A program made the position numbers and the translations under genes. The notes below the pieces were generated by a model, which saw only the letters and a list, made by a program, of their open reading frames with translations, was not told the DNA's origin and ran no database searches. Source: Patescibacteria group bacterium (lineage in GTDB: Bacteria > Patescibacteriota > Minisyncoccia > Ryanbacterales > GWA2-47-10b). Taken from it: DNA of 32,904 nt. Shown here in pieces: positions 17,083-27,052 of the stretch; within the stretch, counting starts at the first letter, position 1, and each line of letters begins with the position of its first letter. Where the stretch lies: NCBI GenBank assembly GCA_038063855.1, contig JBBTUF010000030.1, forward strand, positions 679 through 33,582, in the 5' to 3' direction.

Positions 17083-19707
17083 ATGTCGATTTTCGATAGT
17101 GTTTTTGGATCTGCCGAATCACGCACACTCAAGAAATATTCAAGCCTTGTTGAGGATATTAATATTCTTGAAGCAGAATATGAAAAAAAGACTGATGATG
17201 AAATTCGGGCTCATATTCGCGCGTATCGAGAAAGTTCGGATATGTCGAGAGAATATCTTGATGAAATCTTGCCGCATGTGTTTGCGATGGTGCGCGAAGC
17301 CTCTCGACGTACGCTCAAAAAGCGCCATTTCGATGTGCAACTTATTGGTGGCATGGTATTGCACGAAGGCTCAATCGCCGAGATGCGTACCGGTGAAGGC
17401 AAGACTCTCGTTGCAACGTTGTCTGCAACACTCAATGCACTCCAAGGTCTTGGTGTACATATTGTAACGGTAAACGATTATTTAGCACGACGAGATGCGG
17501 TGTGGATGGGCGAAATTTATAATTTCCTCGGGCTTACGGTAGGATGCATTGGGCACGATTCGTCTTATCTGTACGATCCTAAATTTACTGAAGGATCGCG
17601 TCAAGATGAAGCGCGCGATGTGTTAGGAAGTTTTAAAGTTGCACAGGAATTTTTACGACCGTGTACACGTCAGGAGGCGTATAGAGCTGATATTACGTAC
17701 GGCACAAACAATGAATATGGTTTTGATTGGCTTCGCGATAACCTTGCAGTGTCGGCAGAAGAAATTCGTCAAAAAAATCATACGTATGCAATTGTTGACG
17801 AGGTGGATTCAATTTTGATTGACGAAGCTCGTACCCCACTTATCATTTCGGCGCCTGACGATGAAGCTGCAGATTTATATAAAGTTTTTGCACGCCTTGC
17901 CCCTCGTCTTAAAAAAGACGTTGATTATACAGTTGATGAAAAAATGCGCACCGTAATTGCGACCGATGATGGGATTTCAAATGTTGAACGAATACTCGGA
18001 GTATCCGATATTTATACCGAGCGAGGCATTAAATATGTGCGACATCTTGAGCAAGCGTTGCGAGCAGAGACTCTTTTCCAAAAAGATCGACATTATGTAG
18101 TACAAAACAATAGTGTGGTTATAGTAGATGAATTTACGGGGCGTTTGATGCCGGGTCGGCGTTGGAGTGATGGCTTGCATCAAGCGGTAGAGGCAAAAGA
18201 AAATGTTTCTATTCAGAAAGAATCGCGCACGCTCGCTACTATAACTTTCCAAAATTATTTTCGTATGTACGAAAAGCTTTCAGGTATGACGGGTACTGCG
18301 GCAACATCGAGCGAGGAATTTCATAAAGTATATAATATCGATGTGGCAACGGTTCCGACGCATCACCCAATGATTCGGAAAGATATTGCCGACAGAATTT
18401 ATCAAACAGAGAAAGGTAAATTAACAGCGATCGCCCGCGAAGTCAAAGAGCGGCACGGTCGTGGCCAGCCAGTTCTCTTGGGCACAGCGTCGATCGAGAA
18501 AAATGAAATGCTTGGCGAATATTTAACTCACGAAGGCGTTCCGCACAATATTCTCAATGCAAAAAATCATGAGCGAGAGGCAGAAATTACCGCGCAAGCA
18601 GGTAAACTGGGCGCGGTAACAGTAGCGACAAACATTGCAGGCCGTGGCGTCGATATTATCTTAGGAGGTACGCCGCCCGATGAAGAAGAGTCTAAAAAAG
18701 TAAAAGCACTTGGCGGATTATTTGTGCTTGGCACTGAACGACATGAGGCGCGTCGTATTGATAATCAGCTTCGAGGTAGGTCAGGAAGGCAGGGCGATCC
18801 CGGTGAATCAAATTTTTATTTGTCACTTGAAGATGATCTTTTGCGTATTTTTGCGCCTGATCGCATCAAGAATTTAATGGGTAAGCTTGGTATTCCAGAA
18901 GACCAGCCAATTGAGGCAGGCATGGTTTCGCGCGCTATTGAACAAGCTCAAACAAAAATTGAAGGTTTTCATTTTGATACGCGCAAACACTTGCTCGAAT
19001 ATGATGATGTATTAAGCAAACAACGTACAAGCGTATACCGATCTCGATATGAGATGTTGACTGCTGAAAATGATACGGTCGCCAAAAAAGTTAGTGAAAC
19101 GCTTGATATGTTTAGTTCCAATGTGCTTGGGGTTGAAGCGGAGGCCGACGAGGTGCGTAAAATTTTTTCAGCACTCGTAGGTCGCGAAGATCAGGCTTTA
19201 TTGCCGGCCGATGATCTTGATATGCCAGAAGCTTTTCGTAATGCGCTTGAGGCAGAACTGCAGACTCGCATGATACAAGATAAAGAAGGTTTTTTACGAA
19301 ACGCTCAAGTTTTATATTTACAAATTGTTGATATGTTATGGCGTGATCACTTGGAAGTTATGGAGTATACGCGAAGTTCTGTGGGGCTTCGTGCCTACGG
19401 TCAGCGTGACCCACTTGTTGAATATAAAAACGAAGCACACAGGCTTTTCAAAACATTTCATGCAAACTTGGCGCAAATGTTTACGGAAAATCTTTTCAAA
19501 ATTGGTGCTCAAGCACATCTTCATATGCAACCACAGAGCATGATTACCAATGAGCAACGCGCGGTAGCGGCACGTGTCATAAAAAATGCTGAGGGTGACA
19601 AAATCGGTCGCAATGACCCCTGCCCGTGCGGTTCGGGGAAGAAGTATAAGAAATGTGGTGATCTCAATACTGAAGAGCATCAAAAATTGATTATAAGGAG
19701 AAAGTAA
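17083..19707 (+). CDS. secA: Preprotein translocase ATPase SecA
   Basis: EMRTGEGKT, VTVNDYLA, IVDEVDSILIDEARTPLIIS, GMTGTA, QLRGRSGRQGDPG, GRNDPCPCGSGKKYKKC. Confidence 0.99.
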   Translation: MSIFDSVFGSAESRTLKKYSSLVEDINILEAEYEKKTDDEIRAHIRAYRESSDMSREYLDEILPHVFAMVREASRRTLKKRHFDVQLIGGMVLHEGSIAEMRTGEGKTLVATLSATLNALQGLGVHIVTVNDYLARRDAVWMGEIYNFLGLTVGCIGHDSSYLYDPKFTEGSRQDEARDVLGSFKVAQEFLRPCTRQEAYRADITYGTNNEYGFDWLRDNLAVSAEEIRQKNHTYAIVDEVDSILIDEARTPLIISAPDDEAADLYKVFARLAPRLKKDVDYTVDEKMRTVIATDDGISNVERILGVSDIYTERGIKYVRHLEQALRAETLFQKDRHYVVQNNSVVIVDEFTGRLMPGRRWSDGLHQAVEAKENVSIQKESRTLATITFQNYFRMYEKLSGMTGTAATSSEEFHKVYNIDVATVPTHHPMIRKDIADRIYQTEKGKLTAIAREVKERHGRGQPVLLGTASIEKNEMLGEYLTHEGVPHNILNAKNHEREAEITAQAGKLGAVTVATNIAGRGVDIILGGTPPDEEESKKVKALGGLFVLGTERHEARRIDNQLRGRSGRQGDPGESNFYLSLEDDLLRIFAPDRIKNLMGKLGIPEDQPIEAGMVSRAIEQAQTKIEGFHFDTRKHLLEYDDVLSKQRTSVYRSRYEMLTAENDTVAKKVSETLDMFSSNVLGVEAEADEVRKIFSALVGREDQALLPADDLDMPEAFRNALEAELQTRMIQDKEGFLRNAQVLYLQIVDMLWRDHLEVMEYTRSSVGLRAYGQRDPLVEYKNEAHRLFKTFHANLAQMFTENLFKIGAQAHLHMQPQSMITNEQRAVAARVIKNAEGDKIGRNDPCPCGSGKKYKKCGDLNTEEHQKLIIRRK

Positions 19708-19711
19708 CAAC

Positions 19712-20788
19712 ATGGACGGTACTCGATGGAAATTTACAACAACTGCGGATGAGGCATGGGAAATTATGCTGGCAGACTGCGCAGAGGCTAAGCGTTCTAT
19801 TGATATTGAGCAGTTTGTGTTTCAAGAGGACGATATTGGTAAACGCTTTATTGAGGTTCTTTTACAAAAAGCGGAAGAGGGGCTTCGTGTTCGTGTGCTG
19901 GTAGATGCGGCGCGCTCTTTCCCGTTTAGCAACTCTTTGCAACCCGAAAAACTTGAGCGAGCTGGAGCAGAAATTCGATTTTTTAATCCAATAAACCCTT
20001 GGCGCGTAAAATATCTAAAATGGTGGCCGTTTCGAGATCACCGTAAATTGCTGGTTATAGATTCCATAATTGGGCATACGGGCGGCGTGGGTATTAATGC
20101 TCGATTTCATGGGTGGCGTGATACCAACGTACGCATCTAAGGCACAGTGGTAACAGAGATGGAAGCCGCATTCAAAAGAATATGGGAGAATGCATCACTT
20201 CATAGGTTCAAGCGATTTGCACGCCCAGTTCCCGATGCTGATGGTTTTCAATTCATGACTAACTCTCCGCATATTCATCAACGGTATATCTATCACGCTT
20301 TAGTGAGCGCAATTCGAAAAGCAGAAAAAACAGTTTATCTGACAACGCCATATTTTATCCCCGATTTAAAATTTTTTAGAAATATTCGACGTGCGGCACG
20401 CCGCGGTGTTGATGTACGCATTTTACTACCCGGGCAATCAGATCACCCTTTTCTTATCGATATAGCATCAGGATCATATTTTTCACTTGCTATGAAAAAG
20501 GGTGTGCGTTTTTTTAAATATCGCAAAGGAATAATTCACGCAAAAACAGCAATCATTGATGGCGCATGGTCAACCGTGGGCAGTATGAATTTAGATAGTC
20601 AGGGACTTTTTTGGTGTTATGAAGGAAATATTGTAAGTACAAACACAGAATTTGCACAAGAATTAACTCAACATTTTTTTACTGATTTAGAGGGGTCAGA
20701 TGAAATACGACATAACGAATGGGAAGGGCGATCCCGACGCCAAAAAATGCTTGAGCTCTCTACATGGCCGTTTCATAAATTTTTATAA
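19712..20788 (+). pseudogene. cls: Cardiolipin synthase-like phospholipase D interrupted by one in-frame TAA (20138-20140)
   Basis: ORFs 19712-20140 and 20147-20788 are in the same frame. Each carries one HKD motif (HRKLLVID; HAKTAIID). The junction reads WRDTNVRI*GTVV where homologues typically read RI-E-G. Confidence 0.8.
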
Positions 20789-20908
20789 TTCAACTAGCAA
20801 CCCGCGCCCTAATAGTCTTTATTATAAAGGTTGATTTGTCGTACTCACAATGAAAATTTTTCAGAAAGCTGTTCATAAGTATATTTTATATGATACGATG
20901 AAGTGAAG

Positions 20909-21490
20909 ATGGATATTTTTGCGCACGCCTTATGGACTGGTGCGGCATTTAAAACAGTCAATAAGAAAAGAAAGAAAAAATTAAGTGTCTGGTGGGGTAT
21001 ATTTTGGGGAGTTGCGCCCGATCTTTTTGCATTCACTATACCGTTTGTTTGGACTATTTGGAATTTAAGTTTGGGTCGTATAACCCTTCAAGAAATTCCA
21101 CAGCCACGGCACAATGAGCCACCAAGCATGAATCATTACTGGGTCAACGATCTCGCGCGCTTGTTGTATAACATCGGCCATAGTGGGATTGTATTTGTGA
21201 TTTTTTTTGGCGTTGTTTGGTATTTGTATCGACGACCACGCTTTGAACTATTTGGCTGGCTGTTACATCTTGTGATTGATGTACCGACTCATACGTATGC
21301 TTTTTATCCGTCGCCGTTTTTCTGGCCAATTTTTGGGTGGGATTTTCGGTGGGGAATTGCATGGGAGCATCCAGCGTTTATGCTTGTGAATTATTCTTTG
21401 CTTAGTATAGTTTGGTTTGCTATTACTCGGAGACGAAAACGAAAACGTCTCGAAAACCAAGTTCAACTCGCGGAATCAACTGCTGTATGA
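20909..21490 (+). CDS. Membrane-bound metal-dependent hydrolase-like protein (YdjM/DUF457-like)
   Basis: AH near the N-terminus, APDL, HS, HLVID..TH and P.FWP motifs within hydrophobic segments. Confidence 0.65.
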   Translation: MDIFAHALWTGAAFKTVNKKRKKKLSVWWGIFWGVAPDLFAFTIPFVWTIWNLSLGRITLQEIPQPRHNEPPSMNHYWVNDLARLLYNIGHSGIVFVIFFGVVWYLYRRPRFELFGWLLHLVIDVPTHTYAFYPSPFFWPIFGWDFRWGIAWEHPAFMLVNYSLLSIVWFAITRRRKRKRLENQVQLAESTAV

Positions 21491-21831
21491 AACTCGTAGT
21501 TCATCTCGTAGTAGGAACATTCGCAGCATTGATTGCCGCGGCAATTATACCTGGGGTTCATATCGATAATTGGGTTACGGCGCTCATGGTTGCGGTGGTG
21601 CTTGGTGTGCTCAATGTGTTGTTGAAGCCGATACTTATCATTCTTACGCTCCCGATTACAATTTTAACGCTGGGGCTTTTTACGTTTGTTATTAATACGT
21701 TACTGGTGATGCTTGCCGACTCACTTATTGTAGGTTTCTCGGTGAGTGGTTTTTGGAGGGCGTTTTTGTTTAGCCTTGTATTTTTTATTCTCAATTCGGT
21801 AATGTACCGCTGGGCGAGAGAGGGGCAATAA
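21487..21831 (+). CDS. Four-TM YvlD/phage_holin_4_2 family membrane protein
   Basis: LGVLNVLLKPIL..LTLPITILTLGLFTFVIN signature. ATGA overlap with the upstream stop. Confidence 0.85.
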   Translation: MKLVVHLVVGTFAALIAAAIIPGVHIDNWVTALMVAVVLGVLNVLLKPILIILTLPITILTLGLFTFVINTLLVMLADSLIVGFSVSGFWRAFLFSLVFFILNSVMYRWAREGQ

Positions 21832-21942
21832 AAGGGCTTGACAAAAAATTGGAAATGCGCTATGGCTTACATAGCGATTTTTTGTTTTGGGCGGCGTACC
21901 GAATACAAAAAACCCCTTTATTAATAAGTATTTTTTAAGCAT

Positions 21943-23133
21943 ATGAGTACACAAAAATCTCTTGTTGCTAGAAAAGCTGTTATTGGAGCCATAAGTTTTG
22001 TGGCATTTTATGGTTTTGCATTTGCGGCATTAGCCGATACTGCAAGCCCATCAATCAAAGTTTGCAAAGTCGCAATTGATGCAGAAGGCGCTGTCATTGA
22101 TGGTTCGGCGAGCGCTGGATCCACATTTACGCTCTCAGGCATTACTCCGAGTCCGGAGACTTCGCAGGGTGCGCCCGCTGGCGTGTTTGGGTCGCAAACT
22201 TTTATGACCCCGCTGACTCCTGATACAGATTTATTTGGCAGTGATAGCATTAATGATGCTATCTGTATTACATTCAGCGATCTTATAATTGGGAATGGTG
22301 GTTATTATTACGGCGAGGAATCAATTTCTGGAACTGGCTGGGCGACGCCAAAATATAATGATCAGTTTGTGACAACGATTGCATCTTTCTCCGATTTTTA
22401 CTTATACGATGGTAAATTGTTTGATGAAGATATATCAAATGATGACGCTCGAAACCAAGATGCCGATGGTCATATTGTATTGACTGAAGAGCGACCAAAT
22501 CGCATTCTTGTTATCTTAAATCAATTATTGAATCCGCCAGCGCCAGTTACGCAGTGTAATGATGGTACTGACAATGATGGCGATGAGCTCGTTGATATGA
22601 ATGATTCTGGCTGTACTGATGCATCTGATAATGATGAAACTAACCCTATTGTAACGCCTCCTCCAAGCCCTGAGCCAGAACCAGTCACACCACCACCGTC
22701 TTCAGGTGGAGGTGGTGGTTCTGGAAATGGTGGTAACGGTAGCCCGTACATGATTAGCCAAAGCATTGGCGCTCCTGCGAGCGTTGTAAATACTGGCGGT
22801 GGGCAAGTACTTGGCGAGAGTTGTGGAATGTATCTCACTGAATATATTAAATTTGGTGCAAAAAATAATCCTGAAGAAGTTAAGAAATTACAAAAATTCT
22901 TAAACAAACATCTTGGGTTAAGTCTTGCCGAATCTGGTTTTTATGACATTAAAACGCGTGATGCGGTAAACCAGTTTCAGCTTAAATACTCAAACGAAGT
23001 ATTGCTTCCATGGGTATCACACGGTTTACCGAGTATCAAAATACCCACCGGGTACGTGTTTAAGACTACACGTCGCTGGATTAATATGCTTGAATGTTCT
23101 GCACTTAATCTTCCTGTGCCGCAGTTGCCGTAA
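21943..23133 (+). CDS. Secreted protein with Cys/Asp Ca-binding-like motif, Pro/Gly linker and C-terminal peptidoglycan-binding-like domain
   Basis: Signal peptide ending ALA-D; CNDGTDNDGDELVDMNDSGC; EVKKLQKFLN..GFYD..TRDAVNQFQ..TG.V...T. Confidence 0.7.
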   Translation: MSTQKSLVARKAVIGAISFVAFYGFAFAALADTASPSIKVCKVAIDAEGAVIDGSASAGSTFTLSGITPSPETSQGAPAGVFGSQTFMTPLTPDTDLFGSDSINDAICITFSDLIIGNGGYYYGEESISGTGWATPKYNDQFVTTIASFSDFYLYDGKLFDEDISNDDARNQDADGHIVLTEERPNRILVILNQLLNPPAPVTQCNDGTDNDGDELVDMNDSGCTDASDNDETNPIVTPPPSPEPEPVTPPPSSGGGGGSGNGGNGSPYMISQSIGAPASVVNTGGGQVLGESCGMYLTEYIKFGAKNNPEEVKKLQKFLNKHLGLSLAESGFYDIKTRDAVNQFQLKYSNEVLLPWVSHGLPSIKIPTGYVFKTTRRWINMLECSALNLPVPQLP

Positions 23134-23140
23134 TAGTATC

Positions 23141-23176
23141 GCAAAATCCTCCGTAGATCGCGGAGGATTTTGCTTT
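23141..23176 (+). terminator. Intrinsic terminator
   Basis: GCAAAATCCTCCG (23141-23153) / CGGAGGATTTTGC (23161-23173), then TTT, 7 nt after the stop. Confidence 0.75.
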
Positions 23177-23193
23177 GTGGCATAATGAAGTAC

Positions 23194-24171
23194 ATGCGCC
23201 AAACGCTAAAAAAATATTTTATTCCGCATCGCGGGAATGACTATAAGCCGCACGTGTTGCGGGAGTTTGGCGCACTTATGTTGGCAAGCGCAATCCTTTC
23301 GATTTTGCTTATATCATACATACAACTTTCGATATTGATCGAGGTAGATCTTTTTGCCTCTGTTGTTCCATCGATACTAGTTGAGCTTGCAAATGGTGAT
23401 CGCCAAAGTACAGCGTTGCATCCGCTCGTTCCAAATGCCGCACTTCAAGCAGCCGCGCAAGAGAAGGCAAACGATATGGCCATAAAAGGGTATTTCGCGC
23501 ATACGAGCCCGGAGGGAATTACACCGTGGTATTGGTTTGAACGCGTAGGGTATACATTTTCATATGCTGGCGAGAATCTTGCCGTTAATTTTAGTGACTC
23601 GAAAGATGTTGATAGTGCATGGATGAATTCGCCGGGACATCGCGCAAATATTCTTAATAAAAACTTTACAGAAATCGGTATTGCAACGGCGCGTGGCATG
23701 TATCAGGGGCGTGAGACCACATTTGTTGTGCAAGTGTTTCGCCGTCCTGCCCGATCCGTTGGCACTGTTGTACCAAAAATTGCATTAAAACAAATACCTG
23801 AAAAACAAACTATGATATCCGCTGTAAAAGGTCTCTCGATAGAGAAAGTTGCAGAGGAGGACATGTTTATAAGTGTAAAAGATGCCGATGCCGCGCCCCT
23901 TAATGAGTTAGAAGTAGCTAAGATTCCACAAAAGGAGTCGTCTCGGTTATTGTTTGTCAAAACACTTTTTGCTTCACCAAAAACAACATCCGCGTACGCA
24001 TATCTCGCGCTTGCCTTTTTTGTATTGTTGTCGCTTGTGTTGACAATATGCATTGAAATTAAACGTCAGCATCCAAAGCATATTGTGTATGGCATTTTGC
24101 TTTTAGTTTTAATTCTGTGCGTTTTATATATTCAAAATACCTATATTTTTCCGGTAGTTATAATTAAATAA
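23194..24171 (+). CDS. Membrane-anchored CAP/SCP domain protein
   Basis: AA..KANDM..GYFAHTSPEG, AGENLA, WMNSPGHRANIL..FTEIGIA. TM helices at both ends. Start is ATG 23194 or 23185. Confidence 0.85.
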   Translation: MRQTLKKYFIPHRGNDYKPHVLREFGALMLASAILSILLISYIQLSILIEVDLFASVVPSILVELANGDRQSTALHPLVPNAALQAAAQEKANDMAIKGYFAHTSPEGITPWYWFERVGYTFSYAGENLAVNFSDSKDVDSAWMNSPGHRANILNKNFTEIGIATARGMYQGRETTFVVQVFRRPARSVGTVVPKIALKQIPEKQTMISAVKGLSIEKVAEEDMFISVKDADAAPLNELEVAKIPQKESSRLLFVKTLFASPKTTSAYAYLALAFFVLLSLVLTICIEIKRQHPKHIVYGILLLVLILCVLYIQNTYIFPVVIIK

Positions 24172-24255
24172 GGTAGTTTTCTTATCAACACCTTCTACGG
24201 TGCTTTTCGCCGTTCGCTCATGTACACTAAGGGAATACTAGGTGTTATAAAAAAT

Positions 24256-25158
24256 ATGAATAAAAGCTTTATTATATTAGTCGGCATCGGAATGCTTGTA
24301 GCAATCCCTGCTGTTTTTGCTGAAAATAGTTCAACTTCGCCACGTGATATTCGCGAGGGCATTCGAAAAGAAGTGCAAGAATTTCGTCAAGAAATAAAAG
24401 ATGAGCGTGATGATTCACGAAAGATAATACAGAGTAGGCGCGCAAGTACTACGGAAGCGATTCGCAGTATGCGCTATAAGCTTAATCACAATGCATCTAC
24501 AACGCTTCAAGATAGAATTAGGTTTCGAGAGTCCATGGATGCTATGCGAAAGGAGACTCATGAATTTGCAGCTACGCAGCGTGAGGCGTTTCATGCCGAG
24601 TTTACGAAGCGTCGAGAAGCTTTAAAAGATAAACTTGATGCAGAACGTAAAGATCTTCGTGATAAACTTGCTAAAATCAAAGACGAAACCAAAAAACAAA
24701 CTGTAGAGACCATTTCGAATCGTTTTGCAGAAATTAATAACAATATACTTGATTATCTTACAAAATTTCTCGATCATCTTGACGAAATTTTTGTAAAAAT
24801 TAAAACGCGTACCGATGCGGCTGATATCGCCGGTAAAGATGTTACCAAAGCAAAAGTAGCCATTGTAACAGCAGAGAATGCAATAAAAAGCGCTCGTGAG
24901 ACAATCAAAACACAAGTTGGGAAAACATATCCAATTAATGTGACAACTGAAAATCTGTTGAAAGACGCAGTTTCAAAGGTGCGGAATGCTCTACATTATG
25001 ACCTTGAAAAAGTCCGTACGCTGGTGCGTGCTGCACATACAGCCGTTAAAGCTGCTGCGGGTGTATTGCATGATATTCCTCGTGTTGATGACGATAGCGA
25101 CGATGATACGACAGGCACCTCAACACCACCGGTTGCAACAACGTCACCAAGTCAGTAA
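24256..25158 (+). CDS. Secreted alpha-helical/coiled-coil protein of unknown function
   Basis: Signal peptide ending VFA-E, charged helical body, Thr/Ser/Pro tail. Confidence 0.7.
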   Translation: MNKSFIILVGIGMLVAIPAVFAENSSTSPRDIREGIRKEVQEFRQEIKDERDDSRKIIQSRRASTTEAIRSMRYKLNHNASTTLQDRIRFRESMDAMRKETHEFAATQREAFHAEFTKRREALKDKLDAERKDLRDKLAKIKDETKKQTVETISNRFAEINNNILDYLTKFLDHLDEIFVKIKTRTDAADIAGKDVTKAKVAIVTAENAIKSARETIKTQVGKTYPINVTTENLLKDAVSKVRNALHYDLEKVRTLVRAAHTAVKAAAGVLHDIPRVDDDSDDDTTGTSTPPVATTSPSQ

Positions 25159-25194
25159 TTAAATAAAATTTATAATTCATTCATAAAATAACGT

Positions 25195-25527
25195 ATGGAA
25201 TATATACAAAATGTAGGGTCAGTAACTCCTCGACCATCTGGAGGTAAATCGGCAAAAAATATAGCAGTGGTTATTGTTTTATTGATTGGCGTGCTTGCCG
25301 TTGCCGGCGTTGCATATTGGAAATTTGCGGATTATAGTATTGATACGGATTCGGAGTATAGACCGGATAACCCTTCTATAAATCCTTCAATTAAAAATGA
25401 GCAGACAAGTTCCTCTGCTGCAAATGATACATCAAGTGCGATTGACGCAGAACTCAATGCCATGGGCGAAGTCGGTACGATCGACAACCAGTTTACTGAC
25501 GTTGATCAAGCCCAAAAAGGTTTATAG
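25195..25527 (+). CDS. Small single-TM hypothetical protein
   Basis: 110-aa ORF with one hydrophobic helix and an acidic Ser/Thr-rich tail. It fills the gap up to the terminator. Confidence 0.7.
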   Translation: MEYIQNVGSVTPRPSGGKSAKNIAVVIVLLIGVLAVAGVAYWKFADYSIDTDSEYRPDNPSINPSIKNEQTSSSAANDTSSAIDAELNAMGEVGTIDNQFTDVDQAQKGL

Positions 25528-25544
25528 AAAATGGCAGAGAAATG

Positions 25545-25589
25545 AAAACACTCACGGATTTCCCGCAAGGAAATCCGTGAGTGTTTTTT
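25545..25589. terminator. Bidirectional terminator between convergent genes
   Basis: Perfect 19-bp inverted repeat 25545-25563 / 25569-25587 with A/T tracts at both ends. Confidence 0.85.
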
Positions 25590-26523
25590 GCGTATCTTCA
25601 AGTATAGCTTTGTTAATTCCCTTTGGTGATAGTGCGTAAAGTATTCGATTGGATATAGACTCTGTTTTATTGATACCAAATATGATGCCACGAATACGAG
25701 CGGTATAAGGGTCGATAAGTACTCCACCTGATGAGCCATGTTGGGCACTGATGGTAGCACGCGATTGTATTATGGAATAACCCACATCCGTAACTATTGT
25801 ATTTGAAAATGCAAGACTCAATGATTGAAAAATTATTTGCGCGCTTAAAAGTTCTGCAGGGTAACTTAAGGTAAGAAACGTTTCATTTGGCACAGGTTCT
25901 GTTTCATAATCAAAGTCAAAAAAAGATGTTTGAGTGGTTTGTTTTAATTTCCAAATTGCGATGTCGTGTGTAGCGCGGACAGATTCAGACGTTGTTGCGT
26001 GGTATATTTTTGGGCTCCACACAAGTCGGGCGGTATCAAAATTTTGGGCAGGAGAGCCGCGGCGGACAGTACACGTTGGATGTACATCTTTTAAATCATC
26101 GGCAATGTGCGCGTTTGTTGCAATATAACCGTTGGAAGATATGATAACGCCAGTGGCAACAGTAGTTTTGCCGTCACCTTGGTCGCATAGAAAATTTACA
26201 ATCGATTCGAGTCCTTTTTTATAAATAGAATCTTGAGAGAGTTGTTTTCGAGGAAGTGAAGCTACCGGCGGAGACGCTACGATGGGCGATGGAGGCGGTT
26301 CAGGAGGGATCTCTTTTTTTATTATAATATGAGCTGGCTTCGGAGGTGGAGGCACTACCTTTGTTGGAGTAATAGGTTCTGGGGTTATTGGTAGGGGAGG
26401 AGTTTCTTGAGTTTGAATTTTGCGGGGCGGTGGTATAAGAATTTCTTTTTGTGGTGGTGCAATAATTGCAAGTGAACTTAAAAACAATATGCAAAAAATT
26501 ATTATATAAAATAATACTTTCAT
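25552..26523 (-). CDS. Membrane-anchored trypsin-like (S1) serine protease with Pro-rich linker
   Basis: Catalytic triad motifs ATNAHI, HDIAI, HGSSGG. N-terminal hydrophobic anchor; no PDZ domain. Confidence 0.8.
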   Translation of the reverse strand: MKVLFYIIIFCILFLSSLAIIAPPQKEILIPPPRKIQTQETPPLPITPEPITPTKVVPPPPKPAHIIIKKEIPPEPPPSPIVASPPVASLPRKQLSQDSIYKKGLESIVNFLCDQGDGKTTVATGVIISSNGYIATNAHIADDLKDVHPTCTVRRGSPAQNFDTARLVWSPKIYHATTSESVRATHDIAIWKLKQTTQTSFFDFDYETEPVPNETFLTLSYPAELLSAQIIFQSLSLAFSNTIVTDVGYSIIQSRATISAQHGSSGGVLIDPYTARIRGIIFGINKTESISNRILYALSPKGINKAILEDTQKTLTDFLAGNP

Positions 26524-26566
26524 AATGATGTATCCAGTATAGAGAGTTTCGTGCTACATTAACAGT

Positions 26567-27034
26567 ATGGATAAAATAACCATACTTGTTATAGTTATAG
26601 TCGTTCTTATGATCGGGAGTATATTTCTTTTAAGTCGTATAAAAATTCAAGCGAGTGTTCCGTTGCCGAAGCAGAATAACAATTCTGTGCCCAACAGTAT
26701 TACAATCGAAGGAAAAGAAATATTTATAGAATATGCTCGAACACGCCAAGAGCAGCAGACCGGCCTTATGAATCGAAAATTTCTTGATGAAAATGCTGGT
26801 ATGCTTTTTGTGTTTTCTATGGCATTACCACAATCATTCTGGAATCAAAATACACTCATACCGCTCGATGTTATTTGGATTCGTAATGGAGTTGTAATTG
26901 GTGTCAGCGCTCTACCAAACATTCAAGAACAATCAAAAACAATATTTTCGCCAGGATTGGCCGATCAAGTGCTTGAAGTAAACGCTGGCTTTGCAAATCA
27001 ATATAATATAAAAAGAGGAAGCATTATTAAATAG
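26567..27034 (+). CDS. DUF192 family protein
   Basis: E.A.T....GLM.R......GMLFVF, FW..NT.IPLD.I, VLEVNAG. Confidence 0.9.
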   Translation: MDKITILVIVIVVLMIGSIFLLSRIKIQASVPLPKQNNNSVPNSITIEGKEIFIEYARTRQEQQTGLMNRKFLDENAGMLFVFSMALPQSFWNQNTLIPLDVIWIRNGVVIGVSALPNIQEQSKTIFSPGLADQVLEVNAGFANQYNIKRGSIIK

Positions 27035-27052
27035 AAAGTTTGTATTACGTGC

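Noticed and set aside
20138-20140. Stop-codon reassignment (alternative genetic code)
   Set aside because: TAA, TAG and TGA all end otherwise complete genes here, and only one gene is interrupted.
21487-21831. Prophage, suggested by a 'phage holin' family gene near a peptidoglycan-binding protein
   Set aside because: YvlD-type proteins are common chromosomal genes, and there are no integrase, structural or replication phage genes.
21838-21912. TTGACA plus a weak hairpin upstream of 21943 as a promoter or riboswitch
   Set aside because: The hexamer at 17-nt spacing (TATGGC) is a poor -10, the stem is AU/GU-rich, and no aptamer motif is recognisable.
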